This document shows positions 1 to 9,510 of a stretch of DNA of 64,000 bases, one piece after another. Under the pieces are notes generated by a model. It saw nothing but the letters and a program-made list of their open reading frames with translations. It was not told the origin of the DNA and did no database searches. The first letter of the stretch is position 1; every line of letters begins with the position of its first letter. The position numbers were made by a program, and so were the translations under genes. The DNA is from an uncultured Gemmatimonadales bacterium (lineage in GTDB: Bacteria > Gemmatimonadota > Gemmatimonadetes > Gemmatimonadales > GWC2-71-9), in NCBI GenBank assembly GCA_963825055.1, contig CAWGSK010000009.1, positions 254,977-318,976 of the forward strand, read 5' to 3'.

Positions 1-440
1 GCGCAGGCGGCCACCGGCTGCTCGTCGGCGACGCACCGTTGTCCCTGCCGGAGCGCCGGATCCTGCTTGCCCAGGGTGACCCCTACATTGCCGGCGCCAT
101 CTCCCGCAGACTCGAGCGGGAAGGCTTCCAGGTGTTGCATCACCCCGACGGGGCGGCCGCGCTGCAGTGCGCCGGCGCCACGGATGTGTCGCTGGTCATG
201 GTGGACGTGGACCTGCCCAGGATCGACGGATTCAGCCTGGTCAGGCAGTTACGCGCCATGACAGCCCACCAGAACACCCCGGTACTCATGCTCGCAGGAC
301 TCGGGGAGGAGGCACACATCGTGCGTGCATTCGAGGCGGGGGCGGACGACTACCTGCTCAGGCCGTTCGCCTCGCCCGAACTGATCGCGAGGGTGCGCCG
401 CCTGCTCACCCCCGCGCAGATCCCGAACCGGGGAGCATGA
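1..440 (+). CDS. Response-regulator receiver domain, probably the C-terminus of a protein starting upstream of the window; atypical receiver
   Basis: Frame is open from position 3. CheY-like pattern ILLAQGD..LVMVDVDLPRIDG..GADDYLLRPF. Acidic pocket and conserved Lys are altered. Confidence 0.8.
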   Translation, partial: AGGHRLLVGDAPLSLPERRILLAQGDPYIAGAISRRLEREGFQVLHHPDGAAALQCAGATDVSLVMVDVDLPRIDGFSLVRQLRAMTAHQNTPVLMLAGLGEEAHIVRAFEAGADDYLLRPFASPELIARVRRLLTPAQIPNRGA

Positions 441-814
441 TGCGACTGCTGGTAGTGGATGATGACGCCGACGTCCTGCAGCGAATTATCCGGACACTGA
501 CGCAGGTCGATGGCTTCGAGGCCATCGGCTGCACCAGCGGCGTCGAGGCGCTGGCACGCGCTCGTGCCGAACCACCCGACGCCATCCTGCTTGACCTGAT
601 GATGCCGACCATGAGCGGCCCCGCCTTCCTCGAGCGCCTGCAGCGCGACGGCTCGGGACGCGAGATCCCGGTCATTCTCCTGACGGCCGCCGACCCGGAA
701 GCCGTCGCCAGCATCGTCGGGGCACGCGGCGTGATCCGGAAGCCTTTCGACGTGATCGGGCTCGGAGCCGAAGTCCGTCGGATCCTGGACATGCCACCCC
801 TGCCTGCCTCCTGA
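437..814 (+). CDS. Single-domain response regulator (CheY-like)
   Basis: MMRLLVVDDD..PDAILLDLMMPTMSG..VILLTA..IRKPF. ATGA overlap with the upstream stop. Confidence 0.9.
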   Translation: MMRLLVVDDDADVLQRIIRTLTQVDGFEAIGCTSGVEALARARAEPPDAILLDLMMPTMSGPAFLERLQRDGSGREIPVILLTAADPEAVASIVGARGVIRKPFDVIGLGAEVRRILDMPPLPAS

Positions 815-816
815 CC

Positions 817-856
817 CTTTCGACCTCCGACCTTCGACCTTCGACCTCCGTCCCTC
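817..856. repeat. Degenerate heptamer tandem repeat (CCTTCGA/CCTCCGA, about 5 units)
   Basis: ctttcga cctccga ccttcga ccttcga cctccgt, directly after a stop codon. Confidence 0.85.
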
Positions 857-949
857 CAGCTTGACGCGCGCCGCCTCAACCCCGACACTCAGGGGCACGT
901 CAGGCGTGCCACCGGCCCTGCCGACCCTCCCCGAAAGGAAAGTCCCGCA

Positions 950-2317
950 ATGAGCGAACCCGCGCGGGTGGAATACGTCCGGAGCCTCGGCCTGTTCTCC
1001 GCCACGATGGTCGTGGTGGGTGGCATCATCGGCGCCGGCATCTTCCTGAACCCCGCGATCGTGGCACAGCGCACGGGCACCAGCGGCCTCACCCTCGCCG
1101 TCTGGGCGCTCGGCGGCGCCATTGCTCTCGCGGGCGCGTTCATCTTCGGCGAGCTGGGACAGCGCAAGCCCGCGGCAGGCGGCGGCTATGTCTATCTCCG
1201 CGACGCATTCGGTTCCCTGCCGGCTTTCCTCTATGCATGGGCGCTGCTCCTGGTCATCGCCACCGGGGCCATCGCCGCAGTCGCGGTGACCTTCGCCAGC
1301 TATGCCGCCCCCATGCTCGGGCTCCCGGATTCCTCCAGGCGGGCGCTGGCAGTGGGGGCGATCGTGGTGCTCTCGGGCATCAATTACCTCGGCGTGAAGC
1401 CGGGGGCGATCACCCAGAACATCTTCACGGTCCTGAAGCTCGTCGCACTGGCTGCCCTGGTCGTCGCGGGACTCATGCTGGCCGGAAGCGGGGGAGGCAT
1501 GCCCGCCGGGGACACGACCGGTCGAGGCGGGCTGATCGTCATCATAGGCACCGCGCTCGTCCCGGTGCTCTTCGCTTTCGGCGGGTGGCAGCAGGCCAAC
1601 TTCATCGCCGAGGAGGTCATCGACGCCCCCCGCACCCTGCCGCGCGCGCTGGTGCTCGGCGTGGTCATCGTCGTCGCGGTCTACGTCCTGGCGAACTACA
1701 CGTACCTCCGCGTCCTCGGCCCGGGTGGCCTCGCCGCCAGCCCCGCACCGGCCTCAGACACGATGGCAAGCCTCATGGGCGAGGTGGGGCGCCGGGGCAT
1801 CGCCGCGGGGATAGCGCTCTCGACCTTCGGCTTCCTGAACCTGGTGATCCTGGTCTCCCCGCGCGTGTACCAGGCCATGGCCAGCGACGGGCTCTTCTTC
1901 CCGCAGTTCGCCCGCCTGCACCGGCGCTTCCGCACGCCGACCGTGGCGATCGTGTTTCAGGGTGTCTGGGGCGCGCTGCTGGTGTATTCGGGGACGTATG
2001 GCCAGCTGCTGGACTATGTGGTCTTCGGCGACTGGATCTTCTTCGGATTGACGGCCGCCACGCTCTTCGTCTTCCGCCGGAGGGATGGCGGCGCGGTTCC
2101 GCCGGGCGAGGCGTTCCGCATGCCGCTCTATCCCTGGCTCCTCATCCTGTTCCTGATGGCGGCGGTGTATGTGGTGGTGGGATCGATCGTGTCCAACCCG
2201 GGGAATGCCTTGCGGGGCACCCTGCTTCTCGGGATAGGTGTCCCTGTCTATCTCATGTGGCGGCGTCGGTCTCGATCCGCCGTTCGCCCTGCCGGCGATC
2301 CTCCGGGACACCAATGA
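950..2317 (+). CDS. APC-family amino acid permease
   Basis: GGIIGAGIF, ELG..P.AGGGYVYL, FAFGGWQ; about 12 hydrophobic segments. Confidence 0.92.
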   Translation: MSEPARVEYVRSLGLFSATMVVVGGIIGAGIFLNPAIVAQRTGTSGLTLAVWALGGAIALAGAFIFGELGQRKPAAGGGYVYLRDAFGSLPAFLYAWALLLVIATGAIAAVAVTFASYAAPMLGLPDSSRRALAVGAIVVLSGINYLGVKPGAITQNIFTVLKLVALAALVVAGLMLAGSGGGMPAGDTTGRGGLIVIIGTALVPVLFAFGGWQQANFIAEEVIDAPRTLPRALVLGVVIVVAVYVLANYTYLRVLGPGGLAASPAPASDTMASLMGEVGRRGIAAGIALSTFGFLNLVILVSPRVYQAMASDGLFFPQFARLHRRFRTPTVAIVFQGVWGALLVYSGTYGQLLDYVVFGDWIFFGLTAATLFVFRRRDGGAVPPGEAFRMPLYPWLLILFLMAAVYVVVGSIVSNPGNALRGTLLLGIGVPVYLMWRRRSRSAVRPAGDPPGHQ

Positions 2318-3315
2318 GCCGGCGCCGCCGGTGGATGTATTCCTCCTTGTACATGCCGATCAACGCGAAGAAATAGGACAGGGCCAGCGGACCGACCAGC
2401 AGGCCCAGCAGGCCGAAATAGCGGATGCCGGCAAAGGCGCCGACCAGGGTGACCAGCGGATGGATCTTGGCCCAGCGACGGAAGACGATCGGGCGGATGA
2501 CGTTGTCCACGTTGGCGACGAACACAAGCCCCCAGGCGGCCATCAGTGCGGCCGCCACATAACGGTGGTCGAGGAAAAGCACCAGCACGGCCGGGATCCA
2601 GACCAGCCCGCTGCCCACGATGGGCAGCACCGCCAGGAAGACCGTGATGATCCCCCAGAACGTGGGGTTGGAGAGGCCCGCCACCCAGAACGCCCCGCCA
2701 ACCATCAGTCCCTGGATGGTCGCCGTCAGGCCGGTGCCGATCAGGGTGCTGTTGGTAACATCCTTGAAGCGGGTGCGGAGGAGCTGGGTGTTGGCAGGGG
2801 AGAAGGGAATGTAGGGGACGATCGCGTCCCAGGTCTCCTCCGACCGGATCAGCAGGTAGTACAGGCCGAAGAGCGAAATGGTCAGGTTGAGCGAGATGCG
2901 CGTGGCCGTGCCGATCACGCCCAGCGCCGGTTCCCAGCCAGGCCACCAGCTGCTCTCCCCGCTTCACCAGTTCAGGCCCGATCGCGTAGGGGCCGACCCG
3001 CATCTCCGCGAGTCGTCCGATTGCCGCGCTGTGCACGATGTTCGCGGCCATCTCCGGGGCCTCGTTGACAAGGATGCCGGTGATGAGCGCAAGCGGCACC
3101 ACGATGACCACCAGGGCAAGCGCCGTGACAAGCCCGGCGGACAGCGGGGGACGGAGCGGCGGGGTGATCGCGCGATAGACCGGGGCGAAGATCACGTACA
3201 GTACGGGAATCCCGATCAGGCCCGTGACAAAGGGAAACAGCGCGACCACGAGGGCCACGCCCAGGACCAGGATCAGGACCGCCGCGCGCTGGTACTTGGA
3301 GTCGAGAAGACGCAT
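2253..3315 (-). CDS. AI-2E family transporter, one frameshift near 2925
   Basis: N-half MRLLDSKYQRAAV.. in one frame. C-half ..LPIVGSGLVWIP..DNVIRP..IHPLVTLVGAFAG..FGLLGLLVGP in ORF 2253..2918. Confidence 0.85.
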
Positions 3316-3380
3316 GTCGGATGGTAATACCGGCACCCCGCCGCCGGTACGTCCCGGCTGACAGGCCTCCGGGGCTCGCG

Positions 3381-3410
3381 TTGACACCCTCGAGAACGGG
3401 GTCCTACTAT
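3381..3410 (+). promoter_or_regulatory. Putative sigma70 promoter of mscL
   Basis: TTGACA-N18-TACTAT, about 60 bp upstream of ATG 3470. Confidence 0.6.
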
Positions 3411-3469
3411 GGCATCGGTGCCGGGCATGCTTTGCGCCCGCACTCTCCTCCCGAACCCCGGAGCCCCGC

Positions 3470-3928
3470 ATGTGGAAAGACTTCAAGGCCTTCGCCGTGA
3501 AGGGCAACGTTGTCGACCTGGCCGTGGGTGTCATCATCGGCGCGGCGTTCGGCACCGTGGTGAAGAGCCTGGTGGACGACGTCATCATGCCGCCGATCGG
3601 CCTGCTGCTCGGCAATGTGGACTTCAACAACATGTTTGCGGTGCTGAAGCCCGGGGAGACGCCAGCCCCGTACCTCACCCTGGCGGACGCGAAGGAGGCC
3701 GGGGCGGTCACGCTCAACTACGGCAACTTCATCACCAATCTCGTGACGTTCCTCATCGTGGCGTTCACCGTCTTCCTGCTGGTGCGGGCGTTCCAGAAGC
3801 TCAAGCGGAAGGAAGATGCCGCGCCCTCGGAGCCGACCGACCGCAACTGCCCCTACTGCACCTCGACCATCTCGATCAAGGCCACACGCTGCCCGCAGTG
3901 TACGTCGGAGATCCCGAAGGCAGCCTGA
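3470..3928 (+). CDS. mscL: Large-conductance mechanosensitive channel with C-terminal CxxC-CxxC extension
   Basis: [42 protein letters not shown]; tail CPYC..RCPQC. Confidence 0.95.
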   Translation: MWKDFKAFAVKGNVVDLAVGVIIGAAFGTVVKSLVDDVIMPPIGLLLGNVDFNNMFAVLKPGETPAPYLTLADAKEAGAVTLNYGNFITNLVTFLIVAFTVFLLVRAFQKLKRKEDAAPSEPTDRNCPYCTSTISIKATRCPQCTSEIPKAA

Positions 3929-3948
3929 CGAAGAGCCCTGGCACAACA

Positions 3949-3981
3949 ATGCCGGCCCCCGGGAATCCGCGGGGCCGGCAT
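3949..3981. terminator. Hairpin between convergent genes (probable bidirectional terminator)
   Basis: ATGCCGGCCCC / GGGGCCGGCAT, 11-bp inverted repeat. Confidence 0.65.
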
Positions 3982-3997
3982 GCGTTGTGCCACGTGG

Positions 3998-4792
3998 TCA
4001 AGGCGAGCGTCGGAGCGCGATGCCCCCGTTGACGGTCTCGAGTTCGAGCGTCGGACCACCCTGGCCAATGGTTCCGTTGACCGACCGAGGTCCGAACCGC
4101 CCCTTCACGGTCAGGGGATAGTCGGTCGAGATGTCGCCGTTGACCGTCCGGGCCCGCACCTCGGCGTTGACCGTCGCGGGCAGGTTGAGGGTGATGCCAC
4201 CGTTGACGGTCTTGAACGTGGCTACGCTCTTCCAGTCTGCCCGGCCGAGCGTGGCATCGATGGACCCGTTGACGGTGACTGCCTCCGCCAGCCCGGAGGT
4301 GGACAGGTCAATGCTGCCGTTCACCGTGCGGGCCATGACATCGCTGCGCAGGTCACTGGCTTCGATGTCGCCGTTCACCGTCGTGGGCTCGTAGCGGACT
4401 CCGGCGGGTACCTGCACCTCGAAATCGACGGCCACATCGTTGTTCTGCGTGTTCATGTGGCCCTCGCTGCCCGGCGCGCATTCGTTCTCGTGCCGCGCGT
4501 TCCGTGGCGTCGGGTAGACGGCACAGATGGTCACCCCTCCCGCATGCTCGATCACCTTGATCTGGACCGATTCCGGGTCGTCGCGCCGGCTGTGCTTCGA
4601 CGCGGTGACACGGGCCTCGCTGCCGGATGATGCCACGGCGCGGACGCTCCCGTTGACGCCCTTGACCTCCAGCGTCTGCCCGGCCGACATACGGCCGTGC
4701 CACTCGAAATCGGACGTCCGTACCGTCCCGCCCTGCGCGGGCCAGAAGAATACCACCGCCGCCAGGGCGCCCACTGCTGCTCCTGCCTTCAT
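3998..4792 (-). CDS. Secreted DUF4097-type beta-strand repeat protein
   Basis: Signal peptide MKAGAAVGALAAVVFFWPAQG; repeated TVNGxI motifs. Confidence 0.85.
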   Translation of the reverse strand: MKAGAAVGALAAVVFFWPAQGGTVRTSDFEWHGRMSAGQTLEVKGVNGSVRAVASSGSEARVTASKHSRRDDPESVQIKVIEHAGGVTICAVYPTPRNARHENECAPGSEGHMNTQNNDVAVDFEVQVPAGVRYEPTTVNGDIEASDLRSDVMARTVNGSIDLSTSGLAEAVTVNGSIDATLGRADWKSVATFKTVNGGITLNLPATVNAEVRARTVNGDISTDYPLTVKGRFGPRSVNGTIGQGGPTLELETVNGGIALRRSP

Positions 4793-4820
4793 GGTTCGAT
4801 CCTTTCGCACGTGGCGCCGC

Positions 4821-5657
4821 TCAGCGCGCGCGCCTGAGGTAGATGTTGCCGTCGAAGCTCTCCAGGTCGAGGTTCGCCGCCCCCGAGCCGACCGTAAACC
4901 GGAACTGCCGCTTGCTGGTCCCCGTAATCGTGACGGGGAATCCCGCCTCGAAGTTCCCATCGAAGGTGGACACCGACACGACCGCGTTGAGGTCCTGCGT
5001 CAGGTTCACGACGATGTCGCCATCGTGGGTATTGATGCGATATCGGCCGGAGGGCCGGATCGGGCCGCGGAACGAGATGTCGCCATCCACCGTATTCACG
5101 TCGAGTTCGGTCAGGTCGACGTCCTCCATCGTCACATCCCCGTCCACTGACTGCGCCCGGATCGAGCCGGAGACGCCCGTGAGCCGGAGGTCGCCCTCGA
5201 CGGCATTCACCTCGACCCTCCCGCGCGCCCCACGGATCGTCACGAGCCCCTCGACCGTCTGGACCGAGATGAGCTCGCGGCCTCCCTGCACCTCCACATC
5301 ACCTTCCACCGAGTGGAGGCTGAGCCGCCCCTCGCTGCCGTCCACCCGGATATCGCCCTGATGGGTGGAGAGGTCGAGGTCGAGCCAGCGCGGTACGGTC
5401 AGGGTGAAGTCCATCTCCTCGATCCCGTGGCGACGGCCCACCCCGGTGACGCGGATTGCGCTGCGGCTGACCACAACCCGCGGCGTGATCCGGTCGGAAC
5501 CGGTGGCGGCCACTTTCACGGACGGCCGGTCCCAGGTCCGGACCGTGATGCTCCCCTGGTGCTGGTTCAGCTCCAGGCGCATGCCGCGACTGACCGCGAC
5601 CGTGGTGTCTCCCTGCATGCCGAGGAGAAGGACTCCAGCGGCGAGTGTGAGCAACAT
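4821..5657 (-). CDS. Secreted DUF4097-type beta-strand repeat protein
   Basis: Hydrophobic N-terminus; repeated S/T-V/H-E/D-G-D-I/V motifs. Confidence 0.85.
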   Translation of the reverse strand: MLLTLAAGVLLLGMQGDTTVAVSRGMRLELNQHQGSITVRTWDRPSVKVAATGSDRITPRVVVSRSAIRVTGVGRRHGIEEMDFTLTVPRWLDLDLSTHQGDIRVDGSEGRLSLHSVEGDVEVQGGRELISVQTVEGLVTIRGARGRVEVNAVEGDLRLTGVSGSIRAQSVDGDVTMEDVDLTELDVNTVDGDISFRGPIRPSGRYRINTHDGDIVVNLTQDLNAVVSVSTFDGNFEAGFPVTITGTSKRQFRFTVGSGAANLDLESFDGNIYLRRAR

Positions 5658-5672
5658 CGTTGTACTCCGTGT

Positions 5673-6353
5673 TCAGGTGGCGGAGGCGGTCAGGTTGGCC
5701 GCGCGCCGCAACAGTTCAAGCTTCCGCCGCATCGTCTCGGCCAGGTGCTCGGTCAGGTATTCATCGCTCGGGTCCGAAGCCAGCGCGTTCCGCGCCTGGG
5801 CGATGGCCCGGTCAATCAGGGCAAGGTTCTCCGTGAGGACCCGAACCGTCGAACTGTCCAGGTCCCCACTGTGCCGTTCCAGCACCTCCTGCAACTCCTG
5901 GATGGCATGGTCATACGAGACCGGGTCCCGTGATGCGCCAGTGGTGCGGATCACGGCCGGGGCGGCGCCCCCGGCCACCGGCAGCGGCGTGCGCTCCACC
6001 GGCGCGCCGGGCCGCAGGAGCCAGGCTGCTCCACCCGACATCGCCATCAGAAACAGTGCAGCCGCGGCCAGCTGCGGCATGGTGAAGCTGAACCGCCTCG
6101 CGGTCCGAGGCCGGATCGACCGGACCGAAGCCCCTCGCCGGCCACCGATGCCCGCGGCAATGCCGGGCCAGAGATCAACCACGGGCTCGCGTTCCGGCAG
6201 CGACCGCGCCCGCTCGACCACCGCGGTCAACCCGGCCAGGTTCTCCCGGCAATGTTCGCAGACCGCCAGGTGCGCCTCGAGCGCCTCGGATTCAGGAGCG
6301 GCCAGCTCGCCGTCGAGGTATTCGGACAACCGGTCCGTCCAGGGATCATGCAT
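5673..6353 (-). CDS. Zinc-finger (zf-HC2) transmembrane anti-sigma factor
   Basis: RLSEYLDGEL..HLAVCEHC (HxxxCxxC); one TM segment; directly downstream of an ECF sigma. Confidence 0.88.
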   Translation of the reverse strand: MHDPWTDRLSEYLDGELAAPESEALEAHLAVCEHCRENLAGLTAVVERARSLPEREPVVDLWPGIAAGIGGRRGASVRSIRPRTARRFSFTMPQLAAAALFLMAMSGGAAWLLRPGAPVERTPLPVAGGAAPAVIRTTGASRDPVSYDHAIQELQEVLERHSGDLDSSTVRVLTENLALIDRAIAQARNALASDPSDEYLTEHLAETMRRKLELLRRAANLTASAT

Positions 6354-6364
6354 CGTCGACCTTC

Positions 6365-6937
6365 CTATCGTTCCAGGTACTGACGGAGCGCCATGCGCGC
6401 CCGGTGCAACTGCGCTTTCGAGGTGCCGGCCACGATTCCGAGCTGCTCGGCGATCTCCTCGTGCTTGTAACCTTCCACGTCGTGGAGGACGAACACCCGC
6501 CGGGCTCCCTCGGGCAGGCGCCCGATCGCCGCCTCGAAATCCATCGAGAGGTCGGGCCGCGCAGGACGGGTCGCGAAGGTCTCGCTGACGTCCTCCCCGC
6601 CCTGCATCCGACGCCGCTCCGTCCCCAGCACCGATCGCCGGGCCAGGATCACGTTCACCGCCAGGCGGTGCAGCCACGTCCCAAAGGCAGACTCGCCACG
6701 GAAGGTGTCCAGCTTGTCCCAGGTACGGATGAACACGGCCTGCGTCACGTCGTCGGCTTCCTCATCGTTGATCATCCGCCGGGCCAGCCCGTGAATCCGC
6801 CCCACATGCCGCCGGTACAGCCGCTCGAAGGCGGACGTATCCCCGGCCGCCGCCAGCGTGGCGTCCACGGCATCCTGGTCAACCGGCAGGACATCGGGTT
6901 TCGGGTTCAGCCTCGTCTCCGCGGCACGAGTCGTCAT
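6365..6937 (-). CDS. ECF RNA polymerase sigma factor
   Basis: AFERLYRRH..FRGESAFGTWLHRLAVN..LP..R.VFVLHDVEGYKHEEIA..GTSKAQLHRAR. Confidence 0.95.
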   Translation of the reverse strand: MTTRAAETRLNPKPDVLPVDQDAVDATLAAAGDTSAFERLYRRHVGRIHGLARRMINDEEADDVTQAVFIRTWDKLDTFRGESAFGTWLHRLAVNVILARRSVLGTERRRMQGGEDVSETFATRPARPDLSMDFEAAIGRLPEGARRVFVLHDVEGYKHEEIAEQLGIVAGTSKAQLHRARMALRQYLER

Positions 6938-7094
6938 TGCAACAGGTTGGATAGGACAGCAGGATAAAAGGTTGGAAGCGGCGCCCCCATCCCCTGCGGG
7001 CCATCCGGCGGGTGGAGGAGGGGCCAGGTCGTTGCCACTCCGTCAGATAGCCCCTGGACCGCGAAGGGCATCCAACCCACTACCTTACCGGTTC

Positions 7095-8339
7095 ATGCGC
7101 TCCGCCACCATCGAATCCGGCCGTATCGCCCTTCAGGCCCTGCGGGTCAATCCACTCCGGACCCTGCTCTCCACCCTCGGCATCATCATGGGGGTGGCCT
7201 CGCTCGTCGCGGTATTCGCGGTGGGCGACGGCCTCGAGCGGTATGCCCGCGAGCAGATTGCAACCACGTCCAGCCTCCAGGTGATGGCCGTCGTCCCCCG
7301 CACCTCGAGGGAGGTGGACGGCCAGCGCTTTCCCCGTGAGGACTATGTCCACTTCACCCTGGATGATGCGGAGCAGATGGGGGGAAGGCTCGGGACCGTT
7401 GGAACGGTAACCGTCACGCGGAACGGCCGGACCCTGGCCTCCCTCCGCCCCGGCGCGCGCCCCCGCGCGGCCGTGCTCGTCGGCACCAGCGCCGGTTACC
7501 CGGCGGTCGCCATGGTCGACATCGACACGGGTCGCTTCTTCACGGAGACAGAGGCACGCCAGGGCACCCGCGTGGTCGTGATCACGCCGGGTCTGGCCTC
7601 GGCGCTGGCGCAGGACTCGGCCACGCGCCGAGGCACGGCTTCCGTCGGCGACACGATCTACCTCGGTGGCAGCCCATGGACGGTCATCGGGGTCACCAGG
7701 GCTGGCGGTGCAGACCAGCGCATGGCCTTCGTCCCGCTCCCGGCGGCTGACGGCGCCTTTGCCGCCCGCACCGGAGACCCGGCCCAGCTGCTCGCGCGGG
7801 CGGCGACGGTCGAGGACGTCGAATCGATGCGCCGGAGCGCCGAGGCGTGGCTCGCGGAGCGGTGGCCGGGAGGGGACCAGGCCGAAGTGCAGACCCAGCA
7901 GGGTCGGGTGGAGCAGGCGCGTCGGGGCATGCTGCTGTTCAAGCTCTTCATGGGCGCGATCACCGGGATCTCGCTGCTGGTCGGCGGCATCGGAATCATG
8001 AACGTCCTGCTGGCCGCGGTGGCCGAGCGGACCCGCGAGATCGGCATCCGGAAGGCCACCGGTGCGCGTCAGCGGGACATCATGTTCCAGTTCCTGGCCG
8101 AATCCGTCACCATTACGGGTGTGGGGGCGTTCCTCGGCGTGCTCCTGGGGCTGGGCGGAGCGTTCCTCGTCACGGCCATCATGCGGGCGAAATCCGGCGG
8201 CCCGATCCAGGCCGCGTTCACCTGGCCCACGGTGATCTTCGCCGCAACGGCCGCCATCGTGATCGGGCTCGCCTTCGGTACCTATCCCGCGCTCCGGGCG
8301 GCACGACTCTCCCCCATCGACGCCATTCGTCACGAATAA
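7095..8339 (+). CDS. MacB/FtsX-like ABC transporter permease (no ATPase domain)
   Basis: LRTLLSTLGIIMGVASLV..SLLVGGIGIMN..ERTREIGIRKATGA..QFLAES..YPALRAARLSPIDAIRHE. Confidence 0.92.
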   Translation: MRSATIESGRIALQALRVNPLRTLLSTLGIIMGVASLVAVFAVGDGLERYAREQIATTSSLQVMAVVPRTSREVDGQRFPREDYVHFTLDDAEQMGGRLGTVGTVTVTRNGRTLASLRPGARPRAAVLVGTSAGYPAVAMVDIDTGRFFTETEARQGTRVVVITPGLASALAQDSATRRGTASVGDTIYLGGSPWTVIGVTRAGGADQRMAFVPLPAADGAFAARTGDPAQLLARAATVEDVESMRRSAEAWLAERWPGGDQAEVQTQQGRVEQARRGMLLFKLFMGAITGISLLVGGIGIMNVLLAAVAERTREIGIRKATGARQRDIMFQFLAESVTITGVGAFLGVLLGLGGAFLVTAIMRAKSGGPIQAAFTWPTVIFAATAAIVIGLAFGTYPALRAARLSPIDAIRHE

Positions 8340-8346
8340 GCGGGTG

Positions 8347-8919
8347 TCAGGCCGGGGCCGTATTTCCCACCCTGGAATCGGTGCGCATTTCGTCGAGCCA
8401 GGCCAACTCCACCTCCATGTGCCGGATCGTCAACTCCACCATCCAGCGGGCTGACTGCGCCATCGGGCCTGAGGCATTACACAGGTCCGACCGCGTAGCG
8501 CGCTCCCGTTCCAGCTCCCCGCGCAGGAACCGGGACCGTCGCCCGATCTGGACTTCGACCACTCCGGGCCGGGCGAGATGCGACAGCGCCAGCCAGGTGA
8601 GAAACGGTGGCGGTGGCCGGCGCGTGGCCCAGGACGGCACTTCCAGCGCGTCGGAGAGGGCTTCCATGCCCGCTCCGGTCGGTCGCCACGGCTGCCTGTC
8701 CGGCCCCCGGGCCGCCCCCGGATCGGGGGCTTCTTCCACGAGCCCGAGGCGCGCCAGCTTCCGCAGCGAGTAATACACCTGAGGCCGGGAAATGCCGGCC
8801 CAGTCTTTCACCTCTCGCCGCTCGAGTTCGAGTGCCAGCTGATAGCCATGCATCGGCAGCTCGGCAAGCAGACTGAGGACCACGAGGTCGGGCGTGGTGA
8901 GAACCTCCACCGGGTTCAT
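8347..8919 (-). CDS. PadR-family transcriptional regulator with C-terminal extension
   Basis: VLSLLAELPMHGYQL..QVYYSLRKL..G; C-terminal E.ELAWL helix. Confidence 0.85.
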   Translation of the reverse strand: MNPVEVLTTPDLVVLSLLAELPMHGYQLALELERREVKDWAGISRPQVYYSLRKLARLGLVEEAPDPGAARGPDRQPWRPTGAGMEALSDALEVPSWATRRPPPPFLTWLALSHLARPGVVEVQIGRRSRFLRGELERERATRSDLCNASGPMAQSARWMVELTIRHMEVELAWLDEMRTDSRVGNTAPA

Positions 8920-9296
8920 TTGCCGTGGGCCGCAAATCCGACCACAGTACCACAGGGCGCCCGGACGAAGATCTCGTCAGCCCCGTAGAAGGTCTTCCGG
9001 CGTGGCACCACAACCGAAGCGGGATCCAGCGAGGGGATGATCCCGTCCAGTGACTCGACCTCGAGGTAGAGCAGCGTGCGGGAACCGTCGTCCGCGAGCG
9101 CGGGGACGTCCGCCGCCACGCTCGCCCGGCTCTGGTACATGACCTCGATGCCGTCGCGCTCCAGAATCGTGAAACCCAGCGCGTCCCCCTGGGGCACTTC
9201 CACGGTCCGGGTGAATCCCAGGCGCTCTTCCCAGAAACTCAGGCAGGGTTCGATCCGTTCGACGGTGATAAGGGGGGTGAGTTTCCTGATCTTCAT
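8916..9296 (-). CDS. VOC/glyoxalase family protein
   Basis: LTPLITVERIE..FWEERLGF..LYLEVES..TFYGADEIFVRAPCG. Confidence 0.85.
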   Translation of the reverse strand: MKIRKLTPLITVERIEPCLSFWEERLGFTRTVEVPQGDALGFTILERDGIEVMYQSRASVAADVPALADDGSRTLLYLEVESLDGIIPSLDPASVVVPRRKTFYGADEIFVRAPCGTVVGFAAHGK

Positions 9297-9510
9297 GGCA
9301 GGCTCCAGGGAAGAGTGCAGGGACAGCAGGGCGTGAGAGATACAGCGGCAGGGGGAGTACCGGCATGGCTGGCTCCCGGTTGGATGCCCTGCCGATCTAG
9401 TCTAAACAATAATACCGTCGGCGGAAGCCTGCCCGGGGGACCGTGGTCAGGTCTGGTCGATTAATTTGCTGCCGAATCCTCATGTCACTGCCCGGCCGGG
9501 AGGAAGTACC

